Notes under the pieces: generated by a model
Told to the model about the DNA's origin: nothing
What the model saw: only the letters and a program-made list of their open reading frames with translations
The model's database searches: none
Translations under genes and position numbers: made by a program
Source of the DNA: Octopus vulgaris
Taxonomy: Eukaryota
Assembly: GCA_951406725.2 (NCBI GenBank)
Contig: OX597817.1
Coordinates: 94,488,001 to 94,552,000, forward strand
Direction of reading: 5' to 3'
DNA: 64,000 nucleotides
Part shown: positions 40,668-53,549 of the stretch, piece by piece
Numbering within the stretch: position 1 is the stretch's first letter
Layout of the letters: the number at the start of each line of letters is the position of its first letter

Positions 40668-43600
40668 AGTGACGTCATTTTCCAGTGTGCGCACACGCAA
40701 CGTCATTCTTCAGTGTGCGTGTGCGGTACGTCATTCTTCAGTGTGCGTGTGCGGGGCTGGAACCTTCTGGAAAGGCCTAAGGAAGTTCCCTCATGCACAT
40801 GCGCAAGAGACTGGGGAAGAACATTCTATCGCGTTCCTTGTTTAGCGTCGTTGACTTGAGACACGGCTATTGAAGCGAAAGGACGTGTTAAACGTGTGAT
40901 CAGCCATTCTCCTGTTCCAGACGCTTAGAATTTGACCTGCTCTGTTGCTGCTGAATTTGTTGTAAGAATTTTACAAATGTTAAAGTTCAGCCTTGCTATA
41001 TCGAACCAAGTGGATACCAATATACCAACGTACTTCTTTTGTAAATAAGAAATAAAGAGTATATATATTTTTAAGGTTGAGTTTTTGTTCCTGACTGGTA
41101 GATTCTGGAAATTAAAGAAAGGAAATTGGTTGCACCCGAACAGTGTAAAGAATTAACCAGTTCCATTACAGTGGTGACCCCGAGTTCTGGTCATAGATCA
41201 TAGAACACTTAACTAAAATCTAGTTTTTACCGAGTCAGAGTTGTGAATCCAGTTTTTCTGACGTCGATATCTTCGCTTCAACATACACTAGCGACGCAGG
41301 ACGCCTCCACCAACGACGCTTTTCTCTGCCGTCGCAATCACCATCGCCGTCCTTCAACTTCACGTCGTCTCCATCTCCGTCGCCTTCATCTCCAGCAACA
41401 CTAATACGTACATAGCACTCACTCAGATTTAGCTTTTACGCTGTTGTGATTTTCACCGAGGTTAACAGCACAGCACTACCTGCGAGATTTTCTGTACCAA
41501 TGTAACCTGGCACAGCATTGAAGCCACAACCGCTACACGACATGTGTTCAACCGGCATCTGCACTTGTGATCCCAACATCCTGTTACAGAACGAACTGCT
41601 ATTATGTACTTTACTATGAACTGGTAAAATAGCTCTAACTTTATTAAAAAAAAAAAGAAAAATTTTGTTTCAGACGCGACGAAGGTTGGTAAAAATAAAA
41701 AAAAAAGAATTTTTAATCTCAGTGCATACAGTACAAAAGGAAAAAGAAAAAACACATTTTTTTAGGTAAAATTTACACGTAAAAAAAATGTATTGGTTCA
41801 ATTGTTGGTCTTGTTTTAATTTCTATTTCTTTCTGTTCTTTTTTCCATTTGCGTCAGTTCAACTTTTCGCTGTCATTTCCCTTAAATTTAAAAAGAACAA
41901 CATGTCTTTGGCATCATTACCCATTTTCACAGGTGATGCCACACTTTGGTTTGCACAACTAGAGGCATATTTTTGTGCACATAGTGTTTCTTCTGAGCAG
42001 CAGTTGCAAATTCTTTATAGTTGTATGCCTCAACTTGCAACTACTGCCAGAGATCTTATTACGGATCCTTCTCCAGATGCCACTTATGCGTCTGTTAAAT
42101 TAGAAGTAGAAAAAAGAAACACTAGAAGCGAGGAAAGTCGCTTCTGAATTTCTGAGACGCAGACGCTCCTCTGCTTCGGAAATTTTTTTTTTCAAGGTTG
42201 CCCGCCTACATACAAACTGTTTTGTCAACTGCTTTAGAGTCCAATACTGTGGACCAAATAGCGACATGGCAGATAAGATGGTTGAATTTGCAGTGCGACC
42301 ATCTTCACGTGCTGTTTGTGTCTGCTCGGAAACTTCTGCAAACTCAATTGATGGACTTTCTAAACAAATAGAAAGTCTCACCAAAAGGATGGACGCGATA
42401 TGTCGCGATGGCAAGCGATTTTCAAGAACGCGTAGACGTGGCCGTTCACCGTCTCGTTCCACACAGTCAAAGTCCGGACTGTGTTGGTACCACTCCAATT
42501 TTGGAGAGAAAGCCCATAAGTGCATACAGCCATCCACCTATAAAGATTTCAACTTCCTCTACATCGTTTTCTAGTTATCGTGAATTTTTCGTTAAGGATC
42601 TAGTGTCGAAGAAATACTTCATGGTGGACACTGGTTCTTGTTGCAGCATTTGGCCTCTGCGTCTCACAACCGACAGGCCAAAACGATCTAATGTTACCTT
42701 GCACGCTATTGACTCGTCACCAATAGCCACATTCGGTCAGATCTCTTTACGCCTTGACATAAATCTTCGTCGAGATTTTCAGTGGGTTTTTGTCATTGCT
42801 GACATTCCGCATCCTATTTTAGGTGCGGATTTTCTAAATCACTTTGGTTTATTGGTAGATGTCAGACGTCGGAGGCTAGGCGACAGGTTTTATCCTGTGT
42901 GATCAGTCTTTTGAAAAATTTTGACTCATCTTCTTGGCACATCTGCAAATTCATCCTCGAGCACTCAACGCGTTCTTGCTTCTGGAAAGGTGTGAGCAAC
43001 CTGGAAATCCATCTGGCAGACACCTTTTGCATATGCAAATGGTCATGAATGATAGTTTCCAGAGACCCGGTACTAATCTTGACCTTATGGGCTATTTGGC
43101 GAATAGTTATGCGTTGACCTTCCAAAATGGCAGCCTCAACTTGACGGACAGACGTCTCATCAACGGCAGAAGGGGGCGACCAGATCTGGGAGCTGTTTCC
43201 ACAGAGTTCCGACTATGTTTGAATTCACAATGCCAGCGTTTTACAAGGTCATATGATGGGGCATCAGCACCATAAGTTACTTTCATTTCATCAAAAGTCT
43301 CCCGTGGTGTGCGTCCTTTCAAATACAAAAACCAGATCACTGCTCGACACTCAACAGGCTCCATTTCACACTTGACTCAGTTCAAACACCTGTAAATCAA
43401 AAACCACAATTAGGTCAGAGCTGTAATTCGCCACTTAATCTATAGAGGTACAAATAAGTGCACATGCAAAATTTCAGCTAGATCAAACAAGTGGGTCAGG
43501 GGCATTACTTATTGGACGCCCCTCGTACTTGATATTACTTTTAAAATGGCAAAACCCGTACACTCGACACTCCATTTCATTACAACTACTGGGCCGCCTG

Positions 43601-46207
43601 TTTTTTCGCGCCCACGGCGTCTTGCACCTGACCGTCTTAAAACGGCTAGGGCTGAGTTTGAGCTTATGCTCCAGCTTGGTCTGATACGCCCATCCACCAG
43701 TCCATGGGCATCACCCTTTCATTTAGTTCGAAAAGGGGATACAGATTTTCGCCCGGTGGGAGATTATCGGCATCTAAATTCTGTGACGATTCCGGACAGA
43801 TATCCAATTAGGAATCTTAATGACTTTTCAGCGAATCTTCATGGCTGTACCATTTTTTCTAAGGTTGACCTCATACGTGCTTATCATCAAATACCGGTCA
43901 ACCCAGCTGATGTTCCTAAAACGGCAATTACCACTCCTTTTGGTTGTTTCGAATTTCTATACATGAGTTTTGGTTTGCGGAACGCCACTAGTACGTTCCA
44001 ACGTTTTATAGATGAAGTTGTTCGTGGACTTGATTTTGTTTTCGCTTATGTCGATGATATCCTCATCGCAAGTGATACGCATGAAAATCATCTCCAGCAC
44101 TTGTCTCAGCTTTTTCAGCGTCTTCGCGACTATGGTGTTCGCATTAATCCAGACAAGTGTGTTTTTGGGCAATCATCTCTTAATTTTCTCGGTCATTGTA
44201 TTGATTCGAGTGGAATCAAACCTCTCTCGTCTAAAGTCGATGCAATTCAGCGCATCGCACCACCTTCTTCTTTGCGTCAACTTCGCCATTTTTGGGGTAT
44301 AGTTAATTTCTATCGACGCTTCATAAACCGGTGTGCAGACAAGTTGTTTCCTTGAACGCAGATGCTAAAGGGCAATTCTTAAAAGGACGCCCGTCTTACT
44401 CTTTCAGCTGAAGCACTGTCTGCCTTTGAGTTAGTTAAGGAACTAGCTTCAGTTCCTGTTTTAGCACATCCGGCTCCTGATGCTCCACTTACTTTATCTG
44501 TGGACGCATCAGATTCTGCAGTTGGTGCTGTCTTGCAGCACACCGCAGATGGTGAAACTAAACCTTTGGCTTTCTTTTCTTGCCAGCTAAAGCCTGCTGA
44601 ACGCAGATATAGTACTTTTGATCGAGAGTTACTAGCGATCTATCTGTCAGTTCGACATTTTCAGCACCAGCTCGAGGGACGAGAATTTGTGATTTATACT
44701 GATCACAAGCCCCTTACGTTTGCACATTCTTCTAAAACGGACAAATTTTCCGTCACCTGGATTCTATTTCTCAGTTTATAAGTGACATTCGACACGTGCC
44801 AGGGAAGGAGAACGTCCCAGCTGATGCTCTCTCTAGACTCCCTGTCAATTCCATTTCCTCTCCTGCAGCAATTGACTTAACTGCTATTTCGCAGGATCAA
44901 CCACCTTTAACGGAGTTGAATTTAACTTCGTCCAAGTTTATCAATTGTAAATTTGCCTACCGTCCGCTCCCTTCAGCAGAAGGCTATATTCTTTGTGACG
45001 TCTCCACCGGTTCACCCAGGGCCGTTAGTACCTGAGAAACATCAACGTTCTATTTTTGATGCTCTTCATTCATTGTCACATCCGGGTATCTCTGCCACAG
45101 TAAAGCTTGTTACTGCTCGGTTCTTCTGGCCCAATATGCGACGATCGATTACCTCTTGGGCACGCTCTTATTTGAGGTGCCAGAGTGCTAAAGTCCATAG
45201 ACACGTTCGTGCTCCACTTGGACAGTTTTCTTCTCCTGAGGCCCGTTTTCGCCATGTCCACCTTGATTTGGTTGAACTATTGTCTGTGAGTCGCGGGTTC
45301 TCATATATTTTAACTTGTATCGATCGTTTCTCACGTTGGCCGGAAGCTATTCCTATAGCAGACGTTTCTGCTGAAACTGTTGCGAAAGCTTTCGTGTCTA
45401 ATTGGATTTCTAGGTATGGTGTACCGTCCAGTTTAACCACATATCTTGGTCGACAATTCGAAGCGGTTTTATTTCGTGAGTTATCACGAATCCTGGGGAT
45501 GCATCATATACGCACCACTAGTTACCATCCCGCTTCTAATGGGATGGTGGAGCGTTTCCACAGGCAACTTAAGGCCGCGTTGCATGCCTCGCCGAATCCA
45601 CAGTCGTGGACTGAATTTCTTCCTATCGTCTTGCTTGGATGTCGGACTGCGATTAAAGCAGACCTTGGTTTCCTTCTGCCGAGCTCTTGTATGGTACCAC
45701 ACTGGCATTGCCTGGTACGATGTTGGTGCCAGACAAGTCACAGTCTCTTAATTTAAAGTCTTATGTTGCTCGACTACGCAGAAATTTTTCTGCCCTTCCT
45801 CCTATGGGCCCTCGACACCAAAATCCTCCTTCAGATCTTGATTCTTGGACACATGTTTTTCTATCAAAGGACCTCTTGTTTCGCCTTATAAAGGACCTTT
45901 TCGTGTGATTTCGCCGAAAGTATTCAAACTTGATATTAATGGTCGTTCGGAGACCGTCTCCGTAGATCGTCTTAAAAGAGCATATTTTGAGGTGTCAACA
46001 TCTTTTGATGACACCGTTGCTACAACCATCGTTGAACCTTCACATGCACCTTTGACAACACCACCATTTACACATGCACCTTTATCAACATCAACATCGG
46101 CAACATCACCTTCGTCGTCGCAGCCTGCCTCGAACAAACCTTATGTTACGAGGTCAGGCAGAACGGTTCACTGGCCAAAGAAACTTTCAAAGACTATTTA
46201 TATTTGA
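40665..46207 (+). mobile_element. Gypsy/Ty3 LTR retrotransposon (5' LTR 40665-41170; gag-PR-RT-RNase H-IN), decayed, no 3' LTR seen
   Basis: TGTAGTG...CATTACA LTR; PBS tggtgaccccg (tRNA-Trp-like); CWYH..FG..AHKC; MVDTGS; AYVDD; TDHKPL; [11 protein letters not shown]; PYKGPF; TRSGR. Confidence 0.93.
42886..43525 (-). mobile_element. Mariner 5' half inserted in Gypsy pol
   Basis: TA|cgaggggcgtccaataagt TIR; MEPVECRAVIWFLYLKG...PRSGRP; KVSARWISRLLT...LITQDKT. Confidence 0.9.
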
Positions 46208-46630
46208 CATTCTCAATTGTGTTCCCAGTGACAGTTAAGATACTTATTGAACTTTGTTCATTTGAGTATTTTTCTTTTCCTTTTGGTGCATTCTTATTTA
46301 TATTGTAAATTATATTGCGACAAATAGCGTAGCTGGGAGATTGTGGGACATTAGAAGATCCATTAAAGAGAATTGTTTTATTGAAAAATTCAGGCAAATG
46401 TTAAATAGACATTATCATTCTTCTGTTTTATCATCGCTCCAACAGAAATCTCTCCGTTAGTCTCGGACTATTGAGAAATATATTTTCAAAATGCGGTTAT
46501 GTTAAAATTTTGAATGAAATACGAGTCACTTGCAAAACTTGAAAGATCTATGTCATTTATTAAGAAAGTTATTCCTTCTATTGCATTACTTCAGAGACAG
46601 CCCGTGTGTATGTATTTTTGTTTATAAATA

Positions 46631-46671
<41 letters not shown>

Positions 46672-47861
46672 AGACACACACACACACACACATGTGGGTT
46701 GTTACTTGAAGTTTCTTTTGTCGTCGGGTGAATGTCGGCTGATGAGCGTCAGCGAGGAACTTCTAATAATGTGTCACACAGGCTCATCTTTAACCAAATG
46801 TTATTCTATTCTACTTATCAGCATTGGCAACTTTCTTTTCCAAATATACATTATACGTATATTTTGGGGTTCGAGCCCTATATATATATATGGAAGAAGG
46901 AAATTGGGGAAAGCTTACAACTTCCCTTCCAGTACTTTCAGCCCAATTAACTCACTGAATTGGAAATTCTAGTTGACTCTCCAAAATCCCATTAGAATTT
47001 ATTTTGTCACTGAAGGCCAGTGTTGCGTTATGATGACATCATACTTACACGTCATTTAAAATGTTCATAAAGTGGAATAAATTATTTTACTGTAAGGCGT
47101 AGAATTTATCGTTTCAGGCGAAACTTTTAGTCAGAGGAAAAGAAAAAGAGTGAGACAGAAAGAAAGAGGGGGGTGGAGGAGGAGCAGGAGGAGGAAAAGA
47201 GCATCATTCGAAACGTTAGATTTCTGTTAAGTCACCATAATATAATTTATTACATTTAGCTCGTACTTACACATCGTTTGTAGACTTAAAAACAACAAAA
47301 ACTGATAAATGTTGTTTGAATTTATATCAGTTTTATGTATAGAATGATAAAACTAATAATTATAAGGTTATAAATTTACCTCTAAGAACCAACAGATTTG
47401 CAAATTGTTGACATTGTTATTGCTAGTGCATTGACCCAGTTCAACTCTGATTAAGAAGTTCTATGACTGACGATGTTCTAGATATGATAATCCCTACTAT
47501 CGCTAATACATAGAGTAAACGGGATAACGTTATCCAATGTCCTTCTCAGTTTATGACTATGCGATGTTATTTGATGAAGATTTGGCTACTATTTCTAACA
47601 TATTGAGTAACCTCTTAGAGATTCCCGTGCTGGTCGTAGAAATTATCCTTTAAATACGTTGTTATTCAGCCCCAGGTAAGAGCAGATCTCTGATCAAAGG
47701 CATTATATCAAATTTGTTCCATCATTTTTCAGGTTAGTTCCTGTGTTGATGCTTGCAGTCAGTGGTGAGCGCAGTTAATATTTCTCACGGAGCTCCAGTA
47801 ATCGTATCGCAGAAATTGTGAAGTACTGAACTAACCATTTTCCAGTCAACACGCGCACGCA

Positions 47862-48237
47862 CGTATGTATGTCAGTATCCAGCTTATTTCAAGATTTCTT
47901 GCCATTAGAGGAAGAACGGTTTCTAACCTAGATCCAAGGCTCCTTCATAGGAATTTCAACATCAACTACAGGGTATTTTTGTATGAATGTATGTGCAGAT
48001 TTGTATGATTTATGTATGTATTCTCATGTATATAGCTGCATATATAGACATGCTGATATATATTTAAATGATAAACTTCTGGAAATTTTTACAGATTTTT
48101 ACAGTTCCAGTGATGGATTGGATCTGTAGTCTTCGATTTAGCTTTCTCTTTTCTGGATTTGAGAAGCCTGATTTCTCAAGATTGATATTTAGGCAGTGTG
48201 TTACATATCTCAGGGCCCAAATAATTACAGGTATAGC
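47862..48237 (-). mobile_element. R4/Dong-type 3' end with 3' UTR
   Basis: IPVIIWALRYVTHCL...[13 protein letters not shown]; UTR homologous to 63020-63290. Confidence 0.8.
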
Positions 48238-48378
48238 CGGTTTTGTTACTGTTTGTGTAATACTACTTTCATATGTTTCCTATTTGGAAATAGATAATAA
48301 ATATATTTTACTTTTGAAGTAGGAATATATATTGAAAAACATGTCACTTATAACTTACTTATAAGTGTTATCATTATA

Positions 48379-48924
48379 TTGGATAGGCAACTAAGTTCCT
48401 GCCGTTTTCTAAATTTAAATTTTTAAAAAGGTTTAATAAAAAAAATAACAACTAATTAATCAATAATGTATTCACCCTAGTTGTTTACAATTTCTTCCCA
48501 ACGTTCAACAAGATTTTTCAATACCTCGTTGGTAGAAATCACCTGATTTCGACTCGGAAAATTGATCCAACCAAGCTCTCAATTCTGCATCAGTATTGAA
48601 CGAAACTCTGTGCATAGCATTTGAAAGAGATCGAAAGAGGTGGAAACCCGTTGGTGCCAAATCAGGAGAGTACGGCGGGTGTGGCAGCACTTCCCAGCCA
48701 TGCGTTTGAATGGCTGCCTTGGTCATATTGGTGATATGAGGACGGGCGTTGTCGTGCAGCAGATGAACTCCATGCTGCTGATTAGGTCTATTTTCTTGAA
48801 TAGCCGTGTTATAGATTCCAGAATGATTCAAAAATAGAATTATCGAAAAAAATAGATTCCAAAATTTAAAAAGGCAATAAATTCCAAAATTTTAAAAACG
48901 GCGGGAATCTTCACTCCATCTACA
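48379..48924 (-). mobile_element. Internally deleted mariner
   Basis: TIR ttggataggcaactaagttcctgccgtttt; LLHDNARPH...HPPYSPDLAP. Confidence 0.9.
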
Positions 48925-48985
48925 TAAACGCCATAGCGAGAAATATATACTCTGAAACGCTAGCGGAATTTTATGCGTGCATGTA

Positions 48986-51900
48986 TGTTAAAGATAAATA
49001 AATTCGTGTTCCTTTAACCCCTATAAAAATACAGTTTCATAATTGCAGAAATAAATTTCATTAAGAAGTTGAAGAATGTGAAGAAAGAGAAAATAATTAC
49101 TACATTATTTTATTTATGTACATTTAGCCTTTATAGTACAATTGGAATTTAAAGTCATTTTGTCATAGAGAAGTACGACTTAAAATTCACACTAGCTAAT
49201 CCTTCATACTAACTACTAGAGTTCACAATAATTCAAATAAGCCTTGTTGGATTTTCATCATAGACATGGCATGAAAAATAGCCAATATCTCAATGAGTGA
49301 GTGTTGTGGAGTTTAGTACATCCAACTATCACTATTGTGGGTGGTGTAAAGTTTAGTAACATCCTACGATCACTATTGGGAGTGTCATGGAGTTTAGTAA
49401 CATCCTGCGACCAGGGTTTTTATAACTGCTCATATCCGAATTTTAAGAATCGTATTTCGTGAAAGATTTCTTAGGCGAAAGTTTAGAATTCGTATATGAG
49501 TAGTAATTTTAACCAATGTGATTACCAACAATTATCCTTGTTGGGGCAAACAACCATTACGTCATATTGCCGCCTTTTATGACTTGCTACATAAGCCCTT
49601 CACCAGAAAAATTGTCAATTTTGCGAAAAATAATGCTAATACATATATACTTCAATTCAATGTTTGAATTAATACTTTTAGCAAGTTAAATATACAAATC
49701 TACAAAGAATTCACAAATTTACAATGTTAAAGAAATGAAAATAACCGCTCATCACGGTTTTACAATAACAATAGCGTTCTTGTAAAGTTTATCAAATTGT
49801 TCAATCAAAGTTCTCTGAAATAAAATTACAAATCTTTTTTTTTTATAAACAAAATTTCCAGGATTATAAAAGTTCATGCGGAATATATTCAAACAAACTG
49901 AGAAAGTCTTTTGGGAAAATGCACAATTCTACCACTTCTAGTTTTCTTTTCGCTGGTAGGTGATTTTAAAATTGACTTGTGGATCTTTTCCTCAACCTTA
50001 AGTTCGCTGTCTTGTGAATTGTTCTGTTTCAAGTTTTTTTGAAATGTGTTGCTCAAATCGTTATTTTCATCACATGAAGACTGATCGAAATAAGCTTTTT
50101 TAACTCTGTCTAAACTAACAATTTCCTTTTTATCATGCATATCCAAGGTCATAGTTTTATCTTTAATTGACAAGACGTAAAAAGGTCCAGTGTATTTATA
50201 ATTCAATGAATCATTGAATGGTATCATTACTGGTATCATTACGTCCAAGAATTAACATCGGAAGGGACGAAACTTTTAATACTTTGTAATTTACTTGTAA
50301 AAGAAGGAACATTAGAAAGAAATCTCTTGAACCGGGGTTACACAATTGTTAATATCTTCATTAAAAGAATTGGCTTCTTCAAACATTTGACCAGGTAGAG
50401 TTAATGTTGTTCCGTACAAAAGTTCAGCAGGAGAATATTATAAACTTTCTTTAACAGCACTCTTGATTCCAAACAATGTCACTGGTAAAGCTTCTAACCA
50501 ATTGCTAGAATCAGAATAAGTTCTTAATGAAGATTTCAACTGCCTATGAAACCGTTCTATCATGCCGTTAGATTGTGGATGATATGAAGCTGTACGAATT
50601 CTATGAATTCCCAACAATTTGTTGAATTCTACGAAAAGTGTTGACTCAAATTGTCTTCCATGACCTGTTGTCAATGTGTTGGGTATACCCTATCTAGACA
50701 TCCAATTTGTAAATAAAGTTCTTGCTATAGTGACCGCAGATATATCTTTGGTTGGATAAGCTTCTGGCCATCGCGAAAAACGATATATGCATGTTAACAA
50801 ATAAATATTACCTTCCACCGGAGGCAATGGTCCAACTATGTCAATATGAATGTGTTGGAATCTGGCATGAAGATTTGCAAAAGTACCTAATGGTGCTTTA
50901 ATGTGACGATTTACTTTTGCTTTTTGTCACGGCATATACGAGTGAACCCAAGAACGAATATTTTTATTCATACCAGGCCAAACAAAACGACTTGATATTA
51001 ATTTTAATGAAGCTCCAATACCAGGATGAGATATTTTATGAAAAGTAGAAAAACAACTTTTCTATGTCTTTCAGGTACAAATGGTCTAGAAAAACCAGTA
51101 GAAATATCACACCAAATATGTGATTTACAAGAATGAATAGGCAATAATTTAAATTTCAAAGAAGTAGAACTGGAATCTTTATATAAAGAAAATTCTTTAT
51201 CAGTAGTTTGATCTTTAGGCATTTCTTCTAAATTGATAGTGCTTAATGAACTTAATGTATCAACATTCGTTCGAGAAAGTGCATCAGCTGCAGAATTTTC
51301 AACACCCTTGATATACCGTGTATCCACAGTACACTGTGAAATAGAATCAAGGTGTCTAATTTCTCTGGGAGAATATTTTTCAGAAGAAATTTTCGTGCAT
51401 GTGTCAATGTTCTATGGTTAGTAAATAATGTAAATGATCTACCTTCAAGAAGATGCCTGAAGTGTTTAACTGACAAGTAAACTGCCAACAATTCTCTGCC
51501 GAAAGCGCTGTATTTCGTTTCTGCTGCCTTAAATTCTTTTGAAAAGAAGGATAATGGTTGCCAAGAACCACAATGAAACTGTTGTAAAACTCCACCGATT
51601 TCAACATCGGAAGCATCAACTACCAATGATAATTTTGCTTCAGAAACTGGATGGTTTAAGAGTGTTGCTTCACACAGTTTTTCTTTTATGCTTTGAAAAG
51701 TTTTCATTTCATCATCCTTTAAAGTTATAGCTTCATTTTTCTAGCGTTTCTCTAGGGACTTTTCAATCGTCTACGCCATCTTGCATTATTTCTATTATAG
51801 GAGCGTTTATCTCTCCCCATTTGAAGACTTTCGATCTTGACTTTCATGACTTGCAATTGTTTCTCGTTTCTTTCATCAACTGTAAATCTGAGGAAATGGA

Positions 51901-52130
51901 TGGCAAGGAATTTACAGACTCACTAGGTGATAATTCAATAATACCATCTGCCAAATCTACCAATTGTTTGAGAGAATTTTGCTCTTTCACCACTGAAAGT
52001 AGTGTTAGAGTACTATGAGGTAACTTGCCAAAGAAAACTTCCTTAAGATAAGACTCTTCTATCTATTGATTTCCGAGAAGTTCTTTCATTCTACGAAAAA
52101 GCTGAGTAGGTTTTCTGTCAGTTGTTCGTT
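48986..52130 (-). mobile_element. Second Gypsy element (gag remnant, RNase H, IN, probable 3' LTR 48986-49591); PR and RT missing
   Basis: DRKPTQLFRRMKELL gag; VDASD...YSAFGRELLA; YHPQSNGMIERFHR; YTGPF; TRSGR; purine tract before TGTAGC; about 38-bp repeats in the LTR. Confidence 0.85.
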
Positions 52131-52139
52131 ATTGAACAG

Positions 52140-52860
52140 TTTAATAAATTATTTTTGCTTTGAATTAGAAGTCCTCTTTAGTATCTCTTCCTTTACGGAA
52201 GAATATCTCATATTAATGAGATAAGTAAACTTGTCAACAACCTTCAGCTTCTTCTCGTCCATATAGATGGAAGGTTCCATATAGGCTAGTGCTGGTTGAA
52301 ACATGTCAACTGTTTTATCTAGACTGGATAAAAGGCTTTGCGTGTCTGGGACCGGAGTGGAGATCTCAGACAAGAGTAGGAAAGACTTTCGAATTAGCGT
52401 ATGTTGGAAAACATGACACACCTTTGTTGCTGCTCTTGAAAGCGACAAGAAGAACAATAAAGAAGTTGAAAAACATATTTGGTGCAACTAGGTCCCCCTG
52501 TTCAACACCTTTCTCTACTTCTATTAGTTCAGAAATAATACCTCGAACATTGACAGAAGCTTCCATGTCATCATAGAAGGATTTGACCAAGTTGATGAGG
52601 TGTTGGGTACAGTCCAGTTTGCCAAGAGTGCTTCTCTGTTAATCGTATAAAAGGCCTTTGTAAGATCGACAACGACCTGATATAAGCACTAGCCTTGTTC
52701 TACTTTTCTTGAAATTCGTGCGCTGTAAATATCATGTTCGTGTTTCTGGGAGAATCCTGACAGAGATATGAGAGTTCAGTTCGGATAGGATTTTACCAGA
52801 CAAGATCTTTCCTATTGTGCATAGAACATTTATGTCTCTGTTGTTTCCACAAAATTAATG
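52140..52860 (-). mobile_element. RTE RT fragment
   Basis: VDLTKAF, KGVEQGDLVAP, LKVVDKFTYL. Confidence 0.8.
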
Positions 52861-53549
52861 GACGCCTTTGTTTTTTTACAGAGGAATCATAACAGCATCT
52901 CTCTCAGTTTGAGACTCCTCCATACATACATACAAACATACATACATACATACATACATACATACATACATACATACATACATACATACATACATACATA
53001 CATACATACATACATACATACATACATACATACATACATACATACATACATACATACATACATACATACATACATACATACATACATACATACATACATA
53101 CATACATACATACATACATACGTATATGCAAAGTACATTCACGTATGCAAACATGTAGTTTAAGAGTCGGAGTATGTATTGTTTATGTAAAGTAATGAAT
53201 AAAGTCATAGAGAAGATTTCTGCATCAAATAATTTATGGCACCCACCTTCCATATTGCACTATAACTGATATTTTGGCATAAAACACCATATACATACCA
53301 TTCTGAAATTATAGAACTCTTCGGGTTTTGTTCTTTCATTCAGGGTTTCGTATCACAATGTTGGGTTTCTTCGCTCGACAAACTTTTTAAGTGAAAAATA
53401 TTCCTTAAAGGTTTTCTTTACCCTAAGATATTGGTAGCAAATATGTCATCAAATTATTCTTCTAAACTCCCAAACAGTCAATGACAATAATAAGTTTTCT
53501 TCTTTTCCTTCCATTTTTCTATATGACTCTCCGTCTACTACACACACTT

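Noticed and set aside
46735-46765. ctgatga hammerhead-like core (also at 3786)
   Set aside because: No properly placed GAAA, stem I or NUH site
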